Below, one piece after another: positions 11,602 to 21,141 of a DNA stretch of 64,000 nt (positions are counted from its first letter, which is position 1; each line of letters starts with the position of its first letter). This DNA comes from Gammaproteobacteria bacterium (lineage in GTDB: Bacteria; Pseudomonadota; Gammaproteobacteria; Eutrophobiales; Eutrophobiaceae): contig CBDCTH010000010.1 in the NCBI GenBank assembly GCA_965222155.1, positions 2,267 to 66,266 on the forward strand, written 5' to 3'. The position numbers were made by a program, and so were the translations under genes. The notes below the pieces were generated by a model that was not told where the DNA came from, searched no databases, and was given only the letters and a program-made list of their open reading frames with translations.

Positions 11602-11824
11602 ATTCATCCGCAGATGACGCAGATTACCGCAGATGTTTTATTTCATAAATGACTAAGTGAGCACAAAGTGAAGTAATACGGCTGAACTAGCTGCATGTTC
11701 TGTTAGATTTGCTCATGGAATGTAGCAACAACAAGACATGTCATGTCATGTGAAGTCACAGATACAATATACCTATAAGAATCATCATTATATCTGCGGT
11801 AATCTGCGTCATCTGCGGATGAAT
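11602..11824. repeat. Perfect 33-bp inverted repeat (ATTCATCCGCAGATGACGCAGATTACCGCAGAT / ATCTGCGGTAATCTGCGTCATCTGCGGATGAAT) with a 157-bp spacer
   Basis: Arms at 11602-11634 and 11792-11824. They are built from ATCTGCG-type units that also occur at about 10505-10550, 11561-11600, 11825-11870 and 28340. Confidence 0.85.
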
Positions 11825-12010
11825 CCCCGCGTAATCTGCGTTCATCTGCGTAATCTGCGGATAAATTAACCCACGGATGGGAAAAACTCCCAATCATTTA
11901 TTCTCTTTTCCCTGTATTCACTTGTAGATCAAACAGCTACATTACATTTATCAGGTATGCACCAACATGCTGACCTGGTATCACCATAAAATCCCGGGAA
12001 AGTCTGGCAA

Positions 12011-14428
12011 ATGAATAGAACAGGCATTATGTTTTGTGCGTCATTAATCATCGGTTCCTGTCTGCCGGCAGCAACTGCCGCGCAGGAAGTCGATGAAGAA
12101 ATCGTCGTTATCGGTGTCACGCCCACCCGGGGCGCGGGACTGCCGGAGGAAAAAATTCCTTATAACGTACAATCCGCATCAAGTGATGATCTTGACCGTT
12201 CTCAGAGCCTGGGCCTTTCTGATTTCCTGAAACACAACCTGGGCAGCGTGACCCTCAACGATGCCCAGAACAACCCATTACAGCCGGATATACAATACCG
12301 TGGCTATACTTCCTCCCCGCTCCTTGGCCTGGCGCAAGGCATGGCTGTTTACCAGAATGGCGTTCGTATCAATGAACCCCTGGGTGATACGGTGAACTGG
12401 GACATGTTGCCGGAATCGGCAATATACGGTATTGACCTGATCAGCGGCGCCAATCCCCTGTTCGGATTGAATACCCTGGGCGGCGCCCTGTCCGTCGAGA
12501 TGAAAGACGGCTTCAACAGCGAAGGTCATAACCTGGAGGTGTACGGTGGTTCCTTTGAACGCATCGTCACCACAGCCGAGAGCGGTGGCAACAACGGTTC
12601 CCTGGGTTACTACGTCAACGTTCATTACTTCGATGAGGAAGGATGGCGTGACGAATCCGCCTCCGATGTCGTCAACTTATATGGCGGTCTCAGCTGGCGC
12701 GGCGCCATGTCCAGCCTGGACCTGAACGTACAGCATGGCGACAGCTACCTGGTAGGTAACGGCGCTATTCCGGAAGAGTTGCTGGCCGTCGATCGGGACG
12801 CTATTTTCACCGGGCCGGACATCACTGAGAATAACCTGACTATGATCAGTCTGGACGGCAGTCACGACGTTACCGATAACATCAAGGTCGATTTCAATTT
12901 CTTCTACCGCGAGAATGATACTGACTCATTTAACGGTGATGGAAGTGAATTCGGTGTCGAATTCGATGAGTATGGCGCCTGGATGCTGGTCGAAGATGAT
13001 GATGACAACGGTCTTGACGACGATGATGATGACAGCGGTCATGACGACGGCGAAGAGGAGGAGTTTGTAGAAACTTATGGCGACGGCGACCCGTCCGGCA
13101 TTGATATCGTTGCCATCAACAACATCAGCCGGCGCAAGCAGGAAAGCTACGGCACCGACATTCAGTTATCCTTCCTGAACGGCCTGTTCGGCAGGAATAA
13201 CCAGTTGATAATGGGATTTTCCTATTACAACGGAGAGAGTCGCTTTAATTCCGAAACAGAGATAGCCGACCTGGACCGCGTGACGCGCAGCACCCAGGGA
13301 CTGGGGGCCGGTGTCTTTCTGGTAGATGCACTGACCAGACTGAAAACGGAAACGGAGACAGCCAGCTTTTATTTCATGAACGTCATGGACGTTACGGACC
13401 AGCTTACCCTGACCGTATCAGGCCGCCTGAACAATACCCTGATAGACCTGGAAGACCGGTCAGGAGAACGTCCAGAACTCAACGGCGAACATGACTACTT
13501 TCGTTTCAATCCTGCTGTCGGACTCACCTGGCAGGCAACGGACAGCATGAACTTGTACGGCAGCTACAGCGAATCTTCCCGGGCGCCGACCCCCATCGAA
13601 CTTGCCTGTAATGACAGCGTATTTACCCGCGCCGTCATTGCCGCCAGAGAAGAAGGCGAGGATGAGGACGATATAGAATTCGAATGCCGTCTGCCCAACG
13701 CCTTCCTGGCAGACCCGCCTCTTGATGACGTGGTCACCAGGAGTTTCGAGGCCGGCTTGCGCGGTTCCATGGGGCTGCTGAATTACCACCTCGGTTTTTT
13801 TCACGCTACCAACAACAACGATATTCTGTTCCAGTCGACCGGTCGCGCCACTGGCCTGTTCGCCAACGTCGATGAAACCCGGCGTCTTGGCTTTGAAGGC
13901 ATGCTGGAGGGCTCAACCGACAAGATCGACTGGTTTATCGCCTATACTTACCTGGAAGCCACTTTCGAGGATGAATTCGAAGCGGTAAGCAGCAGCAACC
14001 ATCCCTTCTCCGCAGAGAATGAAGATGGCGAGCGCGTGATCAGGGTCTCCCCCGGCGATCGCATTCCCGGACTGCCTGAGCACTCCCTGAAGCTGGGCGC
14101 CGACTACCTCCTGTTTGAGCGTTTAAATGTCGGTTTCGACCTGCTTTACAACTCCAACCAGGTACTGCGCGGCGATGAATCCAACCAGTTGGATCCAATA
14201 GACGGCTATGCCGTAGTCAACCTGCGCGCCAACTACAAGTTCAATGACAATATCGCACTGTTTGCCCGTGTTACCAACCTGGTTGACAAAGACTATGAAA
14301 GTTTCGGCTTGCTGGGCGAGGAACCCGATGAAGTTCCGGTTGCGGCGTTTGAAGGCTTTGAAAACCCGCGTTTTGTCGGTCCCGGCGCACCTCGCGCCGG
14401 TTTTATCGGCATCAAGCTGAGCATGTAA
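12011..14428 (+). CDS. TonB-dependent outer-membrane receptor
   Basis: Signal peptide MNRTGIMFCASLIIGSCLPAATAAQE, a plug region with EEIVVIGV (TonB-box-like) and IDLISGANPLFGLNTLGGALS, and a long beta-barrel. It contains polyacidic inserts. Confidence 0.85.
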   Translation: MNRTGIMFCASLIIGSCLPAATAAQEVDEEIVVIGVTPTRGAGLPEEKIPYNVQSASSDDLDRSQSLGLSDFLKHNLGSVTLNDAQNNPLQPDIQYRGYTSSPLLGLAQGMAVYQNGVRINEPLGDTVNWDMLPESAIYGIDLISGANPLFGLNTLGGALSVEMKDGFNSEGHNLEVYGGSFERIVTTAESGGNNGSLGYYVNVHYFDEEGWRDESASDVVNLYGGLSWRGAMSSLDLNVQHGDSYLVGNGAIPEELLAVDRDAIFTGPDITENNLTMISLDGSHDVTDNIKVDFNFFYRENDTDSFNGDGSEFGVEFDEYGAWMLVEDDDDNGLDDDDDDSGHDDGEEEEFVETYGDGDPSGIDIVAINNISRRKQESYGTDIQLSFLNGLFGRNNQLIMGFSYYNGESRFNSETEIADLDRVTRSTQGLGAGVFLVDALTRLKTETETASFYFMNVMDVTDQLTLTVSGRLNNTLIDLEDRSGERPELNGEHDYFRFNPAVGLTWQATDSMNLYGSYSESSRAPTPIELACNDSVFTRAVIAAREEGEDEDDIEFECRLPNAFLADPPLDDVVTRSFEAGLRGSMGLLNYHLGFFHATNNNDILFQSTGRATGLFANVDETRRLGFEGMLEGSTDKIDWFIAYTYLEATFEDEFEAVSSSNHPFSAENEDGERVIRVSPGDRIPGLPEHSLKLGADYLLFERLNVGFDLLYNSNQVLRGDESNQLDPIDGYAVVNLRANYKFNDNIALFARVTNLVDKDYESFGLLGEEPDEVPVAAFEGFENPRFVGPGAPRAGFIGIKLSM

Positions 14429-14617
14429 ACCAAGACCTGGGGCCCTGCGTCCCTGCTCCTGGAGGCGCAGGGACTTATAGCAGCCCCACTGTCCGCTACT
14501 TCCTGCCATTCCTGCAAAAGTTTACCCCTGTATGCTGTTGAGCAGGGGCAGGAATCCAGTAATAACAAAACTCTTCCCCCTCTACCTATATTTATGCAGC
14601 CACCTCATAAAACAGGT

Positions 14618-14820
14618 CAGGGCAAACGCATACTTTTGTATCAGACAGCAAAATACATTAATTTTCCGTGAAATCCCCGTTTCCATTCCTGCGCAAGCAG
14701 GAATCCAGTGGATAACTAAACATTTATTAGTGGATTCCTGCTTGCGCAGGAATGGTATGCGAATTTCAGGGCTGGCTCACAGTTCTACGAGGTAGAATCC
14801 AAAAGTATGATCTTGCCCTG
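14618..14820. mobile_element. 203-bp MITE carrying the terminal inverted repeats of the ISAs1-family element at 19409-20673
   Basis: The left end CAGGGCAAACGCATACTTTTG and right end CAAAAGTATGATCTTGCCCTG match the IS ends. It is flanked by a perfect 10-bp direct repeat TAAAACAGGT (14608-14617 and 14821-14830). Confidence 0.85.
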
Positions 14821-14870
14821 TAAAACAGGTAAACTTACGCACCTTATTTGTAAACTTGGACTTGATTGGT

Positions 14871-15413
14871 ATGGAACAGGCATACACAGACATTATCAAA
14901 GAAATCGACGACCTTAACCGGCCGGGATTAAAACACACACCTCAACGCGCGGCCCGGGCAATGCGTTTTCTGACCCAGGGTTACTCGCAAAACCTGGAAG
15001 AGATAATCAACGATGCCCGCTTCCCGACGGAAAGGAGCGAGATGGTCGTCGTCCAGGATATAGAACTCTATTCGCTTTGCGAACATCACTTGTTGCCGTT
15101 TGTCGGCAAGTGTCACGTGGCTTACATTCCGAACAAGTTTGTCATCGGCCTGTCCAAGGTCGCCAGAATCGTCGATATGTATGCGCGCCGGTTGCAGAAC
15201 CAGGAGGACCTCACCATGGATATCGCCCGGGCAATGAATACCGCGACGGATGTTGAAGACGTCGCCGTCATCATCGAATCCAAACATCTTTGCATGATGA
15301 TGCGCGGCGTGGAAAAACAGAATTCCGTGATGAAAACATCGGCCATGCTGGGTATTTTCCGCTCCAACGCCAGCACGCGGGCAGAATTGTTCTCATTACT
15401 GAAATCAACCTGA
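14871..15413 (+). CDS. folE: GTP cyclohydrolase I
   Basis: [40 protein letters not shown] and [21 protein letters not shown] are FolE signatures. ATG at 14871 is preferred to TTG at 14856. Confidence 0.9.
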   Translation: MEQAYTDIIKEIDDLNRPGLKHTPQRAARAMRFLTQGYSQNLEEIINDARFPTERSEMVVVQDIELYSLCEHHLLPFVGKCHVAYIPNKFVIGLSKVARIVDMYARRLQNQEDLTMDIARAMNTATDVEDVAVIIESKHLCMMMRGVEKQNSVMKTSAMLGIFRSNASTRAELFSLLKST

Positions 15414-15443
15414 TCCATTGTTGGTTAATCACTACGTAGCTAC

Positions 15444-16829
15444 GTGGTAAAAAGCATGATCAGCACATGTAAAATCAAAACCAATTACTTATTGGCCTGT
15501 CTTCTTGCCGTCTTTGTATTTTGTTTAAACACCAGTGCCTATTCATCATCCCTGGAAATACAGTCCTATTCGGCAAAATACAGTGGCATCGGTGAAATAT
15601 CGGTCATCATCCTGGGTGGGAAAGAAGCCGTCTTAATCGACTCACAATGGTATCCGTCGGATGCGAAGAATGTCGCGAAGATGATTGCGGATTCGGGCAG
15701 GGAGTTGACCCATATATTAATTACCCACGGTCATCCCGATCATTACTGGGGACTGGGCGCGCTACTGGAAACTTTCCCAAAGGCAAAAGTACTGGCCCGT
15801 GAAGGTATCCGGAATGAAATTGCCAACCAGTTTGCCGCGAAGTGGATCCATTGGCAGCCCATGATGGGAGATGACATCCCCTTGGCGCCGGTCGTTCCCG
15901 AGGTTCTTGAGGGTGATAAATTACGATTGGAAGGCAAGGAGATACGTATTATCGATCTGCCCCCCCATGAAGTTGAGAATTCCGTTGTCTACTACGTGCC
16001 GTCCGAACAGGCGCTGATCACCGGCGATCTCATCTTCTCAAAAATGCATGCTTACTTTGCGGATCTTAATAACCCGTCGGGCTGGATAGAGGCATTGCAA
16101 CTCATGAAGACCATCGGCCCGGTCAAGACAGTCTATCCGGGTCACGGTCCTGTCGGTGATGCAGGCCTGATCGATGAGGCTATCCATTACATGAAGGTGT
16201 ACCAGTCCTATGCCAAACCCGGTGTGCCGCTTCCTGAAATCGTTGCGGGCATGACACGAGACTTCCCCGATTATGAGGGTGAAATTATTCTATGGTGGAC
16301 CCGCGGCCCCAGCTTCGGGATATTCGGACCGCGATCACAAGGCGTGCCGGAACGATTGCTGGCACAATTGCCCCCACACCTGGTCGGGCCGGCCCCCGGT
16401 TGCAGTAACGCGAACAAGGCACTGGTTGAGAAACTTTTCTACCAGGGATTCAGCGGGGGGAATTTAACTGTCCTGGATGAGGTGATGTCAGCAGACATTC
16501 ATTTTGATGATCCCATGTTCCCGAGTGGACTTGATGGACTGAAGGCGCTGGTAAAAAAGAACAATGAAAGTTTCGAGGGCTGGCATTTCAAAATGCACGA
16601 TCTTTTGTGTGATGCAGACAAGGTCATCGTCCGCTGGAGCGGATACGGCAAGCACGTTGCCTCCTTTATGGGGGAGCAAGCAACACAAAACAACATTGAG
16701 CTGAGTGGTATCTCCATCTACCAGATAGAAGCAGACAAGATTGTTGCTGACTGGGTCACACCGGACAACCTGGGCTTTCTCATGCAAATCGGGGTATTGG
16801 AACCGGTTGATATGACCAGTAGCAATTAA
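15444..16829 (+). CDS. Secreted MBL-fold metallo-hydrolase fused to a C-terminal SnoaL/ester-cyclase-like domain
   Basis: N-terminal hydrophobic signal-like segment, ILITHGHPDHYWG (HxHxDH) motif, and a C-terminal region of about 130 aa with the ester-cyclase pattern NANKALVEKLFYQGFSGGNLTVLDEVMSADIHFDDP...IVADWVTPDNLGFLMQIG. Confidence 0.7.
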   Translation: MVKSMISTCKIKTNYLLACLLAVFVFCLNTSAYSSSLEIQSYSAKYSGIGEISVIILGGKEAVLIDSQWYPSDAKNVAKMIADSGRELTHILITHGHPDHYWGLGALLETFPKAKVLAREGIRNEIANQFAAKWIHWQPMMGDDIPLAPVVPEVLEGDKLRLEGKEIRIIDLPPHEVENSVVYYVPSEQALITGDLIFSKMHAYFADLNNPSGWIEALQLMKTIGPVKTVYPGHGPVGDAGLIDEAIHYMKVYQSYAKPGVPLPEIVAGMTRDFPDYEGEIILWWTRGPSFGIFGPRSQGVPERLLAQLPPHLVGPAPGCSNANKALVEKLFYQGFSGGNLTVLDEVMSADIHFDDPMFPSGLDGLKALVKKNNESFEGWHFKMHDLLCDADKVIVRWSGYGKHVASFMGEQATQNNIELSGISIYQIEADKIVADWVTPDNLGFLMQIGVLEPVDMTSSN

Positions 16830-16890
16830 CACAGTGCTCTTTTACAAATTTCCTGGCGTCGTTTCCAGCCCGCATAACCAACAGGTATTG

Positions 16891-17307
16891 TCAGGTATCT
16901 CGTTTAGAGTCCAGGGACAACGTATCATCATCACGAAATGCCAATAATACCAACGTGGCAAAGAATACCGTGCTTGAAGGGAAGAATAATAAATTGATCT
17001 GATCTTCACCGAACAGAAACCCCAGAGGATCAATTAGAGATTTCCAAACCGTTAGCGCCCCAACACCCAGCACAATCGCTTGTAGTGGATAAATAATTGC
17101 TCGCCACAATCCCAAAATGACAAGTAAACCCAGCAGGATTTCTGCAGCCCCCCACACTTGATGGATAAATTCGCCCTGAATGAAACCCAGGTAATATTTA
17201 TCGGTCACATATTGACCATCGGCAGGGTTGAAGAGTTTTATAAAACCCCATATACACAGCAGTAAACCAGTCGATATTCGTAATAATGCCAAGCTCAATG
17301 CTTTCAT
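16891..17307 (-). CDS. DoxX-like small integral membrane protein
   Basis: 138 aa with 4 predicted TM segments. MKALSLALLRISTGLLLCIWGFIKL is DoxX-like. Confidence 0.5.
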   Translation of the reverse strand: MKALSLALLRISTGLLLCIWGFIKLFNPADGQYVTDKYYLGFIQGEFIHQVWGAAEILLGLLVILGLWRAIIYPLQAIVLGVGALTVWKSLIDPLGFLFGEDQINLLFFPSSTVFFATLVLLAFRDDDTLSLDSKRDT

Positions 17308-17336
17308 AAATATACCCTCTTTTTACTATGAATTTT

Positions 17337-17391
17337 GGGGACACAATACTTAATTATCCGATAGTAGCCCAGAATTAAGTATTGTGTCCCC
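17337..17391. repeat. Palindromic element GGGGACACAATACTTAATT...AATTAAGTATTGTGTCCCC (third copy)
   Basis: Same element as 215-271 and 847-903. It truncates the hydrolase ORF at 17350-17727. Confidence 0.85.
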
Positions 17392-17727
17392 AAAACTGTG
17401 CAATGAAACTGAACCGCCCAAAGAATGTCCGACAATCGTGACCGGATGCAGTTCAAGCTGGTGTATCAACTGGGCCAGGTCATAGACAAAAGCCGACATC
17501 GAATAAGTGCCATCCGGCGACCAGTCACTGTCGCCATGCCCCCTAAGGTCGGGCGCAATGACGTGCCAGTCCTGCGCCAGTTCGCGCGCTGTCCAGTCCC
17601 AGCTTCGGCAATGGTCCCTGCCCCCATGTACCAGCAACAGCGGCGGCGTAGCGGGATTGCCCCAATCGACATAGTGCAGGCGCAGGCGCTGGGAAATATA
17701 TCTATGGGAAGTAGGTCCGGTAAGCAT
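17350..17727 (-). pseudogene. Alpha/beta hydrolase, N-terminal fragment (paralog of 23115-23982)
   Basis: The first 109 aa or so are about 94% identical to the N-terminus of the 23428-23982 ORF, including HGGRDHCRSW and the GHSLGG nucleophile elbow. The reading frame then runs into the palindromic repeat and stops. Confidence 0.8.
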
Positions 17728-17742
17728 TTGTATTCGATATGG

Positions 17743-18629
17743 CTATTTTAATTTACCGAAGAACTGAAGTAATTCATTGTAAACAGTCTCGGGCATTTCT
17801 TCCGGCAGAAAGTGACCACAATCCAGGGCTCTGCCATCTATTATTTCAGCATATTCGGACCATACGTCAAGCACATCATAGGTACGATGCACGAACCCTT
17901 GTGAACCCCACAAAACAAGCAGGGGGCACTGAACTTTTTTATTCACATCATCTTCATCATGTTGAAGGTCAATACTTGCTGCCGCACGATAGTCTTCACA
18001 CGACGCATGAATGGATTCCGGTTTGCTGAAACAGCGTATGTATTCCGCCACTGCCTCACCTGAAAATACTGCGTTGGGTGCGCTCCATCGTTTCAGTTTC
18101 TCCGTCAGATAGTAAGAGGGATCTGCGCCTATCATCCGTTCCGGCAACCCATTTGGCTGGATAAGGAAAAACCAGTGATAATAACCTGTGGCAAAATGTT
18201 GGTCTGTCGACCTGAACATATGGAGAGTGGGTGTAATATCCATTACACATGCTTTCATTATTCTGTCAGCATAATCAAGCGTCATTCGGTGCGTTACTCT
18301 CGCACCGCGATCATGTCCGGCCAGCAAAAACCGCAGCTATACCCCAGATGTTCCATCACCTCGACCATATCCTGTCCCATTGCACGCTTTGAATAGGGAT
18401 AGTGATTCGATGTGCTTGGTGGCGTTGAACTGTCTCCATAGCCTCTCAGATCCGGGCATATAACGTGAAAATGATGGGCCAGAAGAGGAGCGACTTTATG
18501 CCATATAACGTGAGTTTGCGGATAACCATGCAGCAACAGTAACGGGCTACCTGACCCGCCATGTGCTAAATTTATTTCAGTACCGGTAGTTTTTACTTGA
18601 ATGTTGGTAAAACCATTGATAAATGACAT
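17743..18629 (-). pseudogene. Haloacetate dehalogenase/epoxide-hydrolase-type alpha/beta hydrolase, frameshifted
   Basis: Two overlapping ORFs (18294-18629 and 17743-18327) together give LLLLHGYPQTHVIWHKVAPLL...MEHLGY / LAGHDRGARVTHRMTLD...GHFLPEEMPE. The frame break near 18325-18335 is not in a long homopolymer. Confidence 0.75.
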
Positions 18630-18723
18630 TCGATATCAACCTGTAAATCTTAAAACGTCTTGAATTGAACCTCACCGCGGAACTATACACGCGTAAATTC
18701 AGGATTTCCGGCTTTCTGATAAG

Positions 18724-18826
18724 TCAACGTTTCCTATCCATTCGCCCATGGCGCACATCGAAGACTTCGACTACATTATCGTTGATAAGGTACAACTCTC
18801 GGTAATCGCCAAACATCCAGCAAGCA
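18724..18826 (-). pseudogene. RelE/ParE-type toxin remnant (C-terminal, frameshifted)
   Basis: The minus-strand translation gives ...LLDVWRL / GDYRELYLINDNVVEVFDVRHGRMDRKR*, which resembles the WRxRxGDYRxxYxI...V..V.HR tail of RelE/ParE toxins. There is no start codon and no partner antitoxin. Confidence 0.35.
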
Positions 18827-18894
18827 AAAGGTCACGTATCCACTGCATTTTGATTAGAGGTCTGGCGTGGTCACTGGCCACAACATTAGGGGAA

Positions 18895-19408
18895 ATGTAA
18901 GTATCCCCCGGCAAAGCCGGGGGATCTAAATTTGTGAGCCGCTCAAAGCGGCGTTAACGGAGCCTGACGGCTCCTTGAGACCCCTGAAGGGGTCGGTTCC
19001 TACACCATGTTCAGTTGCTCGATGCGTCGATCTTCTTTTTCCTGGTGACATCTATACTCCCGTATCACCTGCTCATCTCGCCCCACGGTCGAGACAACAT
19101 ACCCTCTGGCCCAAAAATGCTAGCCCACATAATTCCTCTGCCCACCGAAATACCTTCGGGCAATATGGATCGCACTCCTCCTTTTGATAAACCCGACCAC
19201 CTGGGATACCGCACACTTCGACGGTATCACAACATCTGGGGTTTATACTGCTTACTTTTCTCATGGTTTCTCCTGCGTGTGATGCTGGGCGGCTCACACT
19301 TGGGGGTTACCATAAGATTTCTGGAACTGTCAAACTGCGCGTGCCTCCCCAGCAGAGCTGGGGGGTCTCCATTTTTATTAGATTGATGGTGCCGGAAGGG
19401 AGAATATA
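18895..19408 (-). mobile_element. Degraded IS200/IS605-family element (tnpA remnant plus subterminal hairpins), cut by the ISAs1 insertion
   Basis: The minus-strand translation of 19000-19230 reads VIPSKCAVSQVVGFIKRRSAIHIARRYFGGQRNYVG*HFWARGYVVSTVGRDEQVIREYRCHQEKEDRRIEQLNMV*. This is the C-terminal half of a Y1 (IS200) transposase with an in-frame TAG, and the N-terminal half is missing. Four tight hairpins lie at 18905-19000. Confidence 0.65.
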
Positions 19409-20673
19409 CAGGGCAACCGCATACTTTTATATATATATCATGCGGCCACTCCAAACAGGATTTCCGCCCGTCTCGTATCGCTCCACCCGGCCTGCTTGAG
19501 TTTCCCTCGCATACTGTTCTTCTTCGGATAGAGCCGCGCCAGGTTCAGACAGAAGCGCCGGATAATCGCCACGTTCTCCGCCCCGTCCCCCTTGCGGATC
19601 CGACAGTCATCCTCCTTGAACGCCACGTCCAGCACCCAATGGGCCTTGTTCTCCACTTCCCAATGACGCCGTATCCCCTGCGCCACCCGTTCCGCAGCCA
19701 CCGGCAGGGAACTGATATAGTATTGTATCTCATGTTCCACGTCCTGCCCCGGCAGGTGCCGCTCCCGTTCCATCTCAATCACCGTTTGCAGGCCCGGCCA
19801 CTGGGCCGCTTCACTCACCCAGTCGGTCACCCGCAGTTGCCGGCAGCTGCGCTTCTCCACCCGGCCATGACCTCCATCGACCTCTTCATACACCGCTATC
19901 CGGTCCGGCTCATCGCGCGTAACCTTATGAAAGTATGCCTTTATTTCCTCACGCAGAGTCTTGTGATTGTCCTTCAGCGACAACGTGTAATCGCCGCCCT
20001 TCGCGTGTATCTTCCGGGCTATCTTCTTCTGTGTGCTCATTGCATCCGCCGTGATATGCGCCCCCTTGACGTTCAACATATCCAGCATCTCCATCACCGA
20101 GGCCTGCTCGTTCTTCTTGCCCGTTGATTTCAACTGCGCCAGCACCAGGCCGCAGTCATGACCCCAGGCCGTGATGCTGTGCAGGGCCGCCTGCTTATCC
20201 CCATCATGAGACCGCCGCAAGGTCTTCCCGTCCAGGGCAATCTGCTCCTGCCCCAACGCCTGCCGCACCTCATTCACCCAGCTCAGAAACGCCCGGTTGA
20301 ACTGCGCCGGGTCTATCGCACGCACTACCCGCGCGATCGTGTCATCCACCGGTATGCCGTTCGCAAACGGCCGGTAGCGGCGTAACCAGTCCTGCTTCTC
20401 ATCACCGAATTCCTTGATGTCCTTCCACCCCTCGGCGCCGGACAGCACACCACTCACCGTCAAAAACAGGATGTCCAACAGGTCATGCCGCTTGTTGATA
20501 TCACGCCGCGGGTCGTTAATCGTTGCCAATTGTGCCAGTAAACTCATCGTTTTCTCCTCGTTTTGGGGGTAATACTGCTGTGATCCCCGCCAAATCGATA
20601 AGTTCACCGCTTATTTATAACTGTTTGGAATAAAAAACCCTCTGCTTATGATAAAAAGTATGATCTTGCCCTA
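19409..20673 (-). mobile_element. ISAs1-family insertion sequence (1265 bp), apparently intact
   Basis: Ends CAGGGCAACCGCATACTTTT ... AAAAGTATGATCTTGCCCTA (imperfect terminal inverted repeats). A perfect 10-bp target duplication GGAGAATATA lies at 19399-19408 and 20674-20683. Confidence 0.85.
19438..20547 (-). CDS. ISAs1-family (H-repeat-associated) DDE transposase
   Basis: LLAQLATINDPRRDINKRHDLLDILFLTVSGVLSGAEGWKDIKEFG... is the typical ISAs1 N-terminus. About 370 aa from ATG 20547, which is preceded by GAGGAG. Confidence 0.85.
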   Translation of the reverse strand: MSLLAQLATINDPRRDINKRHDLLDILFLTVSGVLSGAEGWKDIKEFGDEKQDWLRRYRPFANGIPVDDTIARVVRAIDPAQFNRAFLSWVNEVRQALGQEQIALDGKTLRRSHDGDKQAALHSITAWGHDCGLVLAQLKSTGKKNEQASVMEMLDMLNVKGAHITADAMSTQKKIARKIHAKGGDYTLSLKDNHKTLREEIKAYFHKVTRDEPDRIAVYEEVDGGHGRVEKRSCRQLRVTDWVSEAAQWPGLQTVIEMERERHLPGQDVEHEIQYYISSLPVAAERVAQGIRRHWEVENKAHWVLDVAFKEDDCRIRKGDGAENVAIIRRFCLNLARLYPKKNSMRGKLKQAGWSDTRRAEILFGVAA

Positions 20674-21141
20674 GGAGAATATAAATAAATGAATGAATAA
20701 CTTTTTATTTTTGATAATATTTATTTCACATTCCGCCCCTTTACCCTACGATTCTCCCAACATGATTTAAACAGTTAAAGACCAAAAATATCAAAATTCA
20801 TATTATTCGCTTCCGCACAGAGGTGGAAGCCGTAACATTACGGGATTGATTCATTCTCAAATCGAACTTTCGTCCAGTCTCACATCAGCAGGATTAGAGC
20901 TTAGTGTAGCACCAGGACGGAAATTTGATTTATAGCAGTTAGACTATAAAGCTAATTCTCGAAAACGCTGGTTTTTGAGAGGGTTTTCACAAGGTGCCAA
21001 AAATCCCGAAAACAGGCCGTTTTTCGTTCTCAAAACTTATTCTTAATTGGTTTTTCTTGAAGGCTTGTCTATTGTTGTGCGTAAAACAGAGTGTGAAGCA
21101 GAGTGTTGATATTCATCATAAGTTACTATATATTATAGTAT

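Noticed and set aside
18895-19010. A series of tight hairpins that could be group II intron domains V/VI or a retron-like ncRNA.
   Set aside because: No reverse transcriptase or maturase ORF is present. The adjacent minus-strand translation matches the C-terminus of an IS200-type Y1 transposase, so the hairpins are better explained as IS200 subterminal structures.
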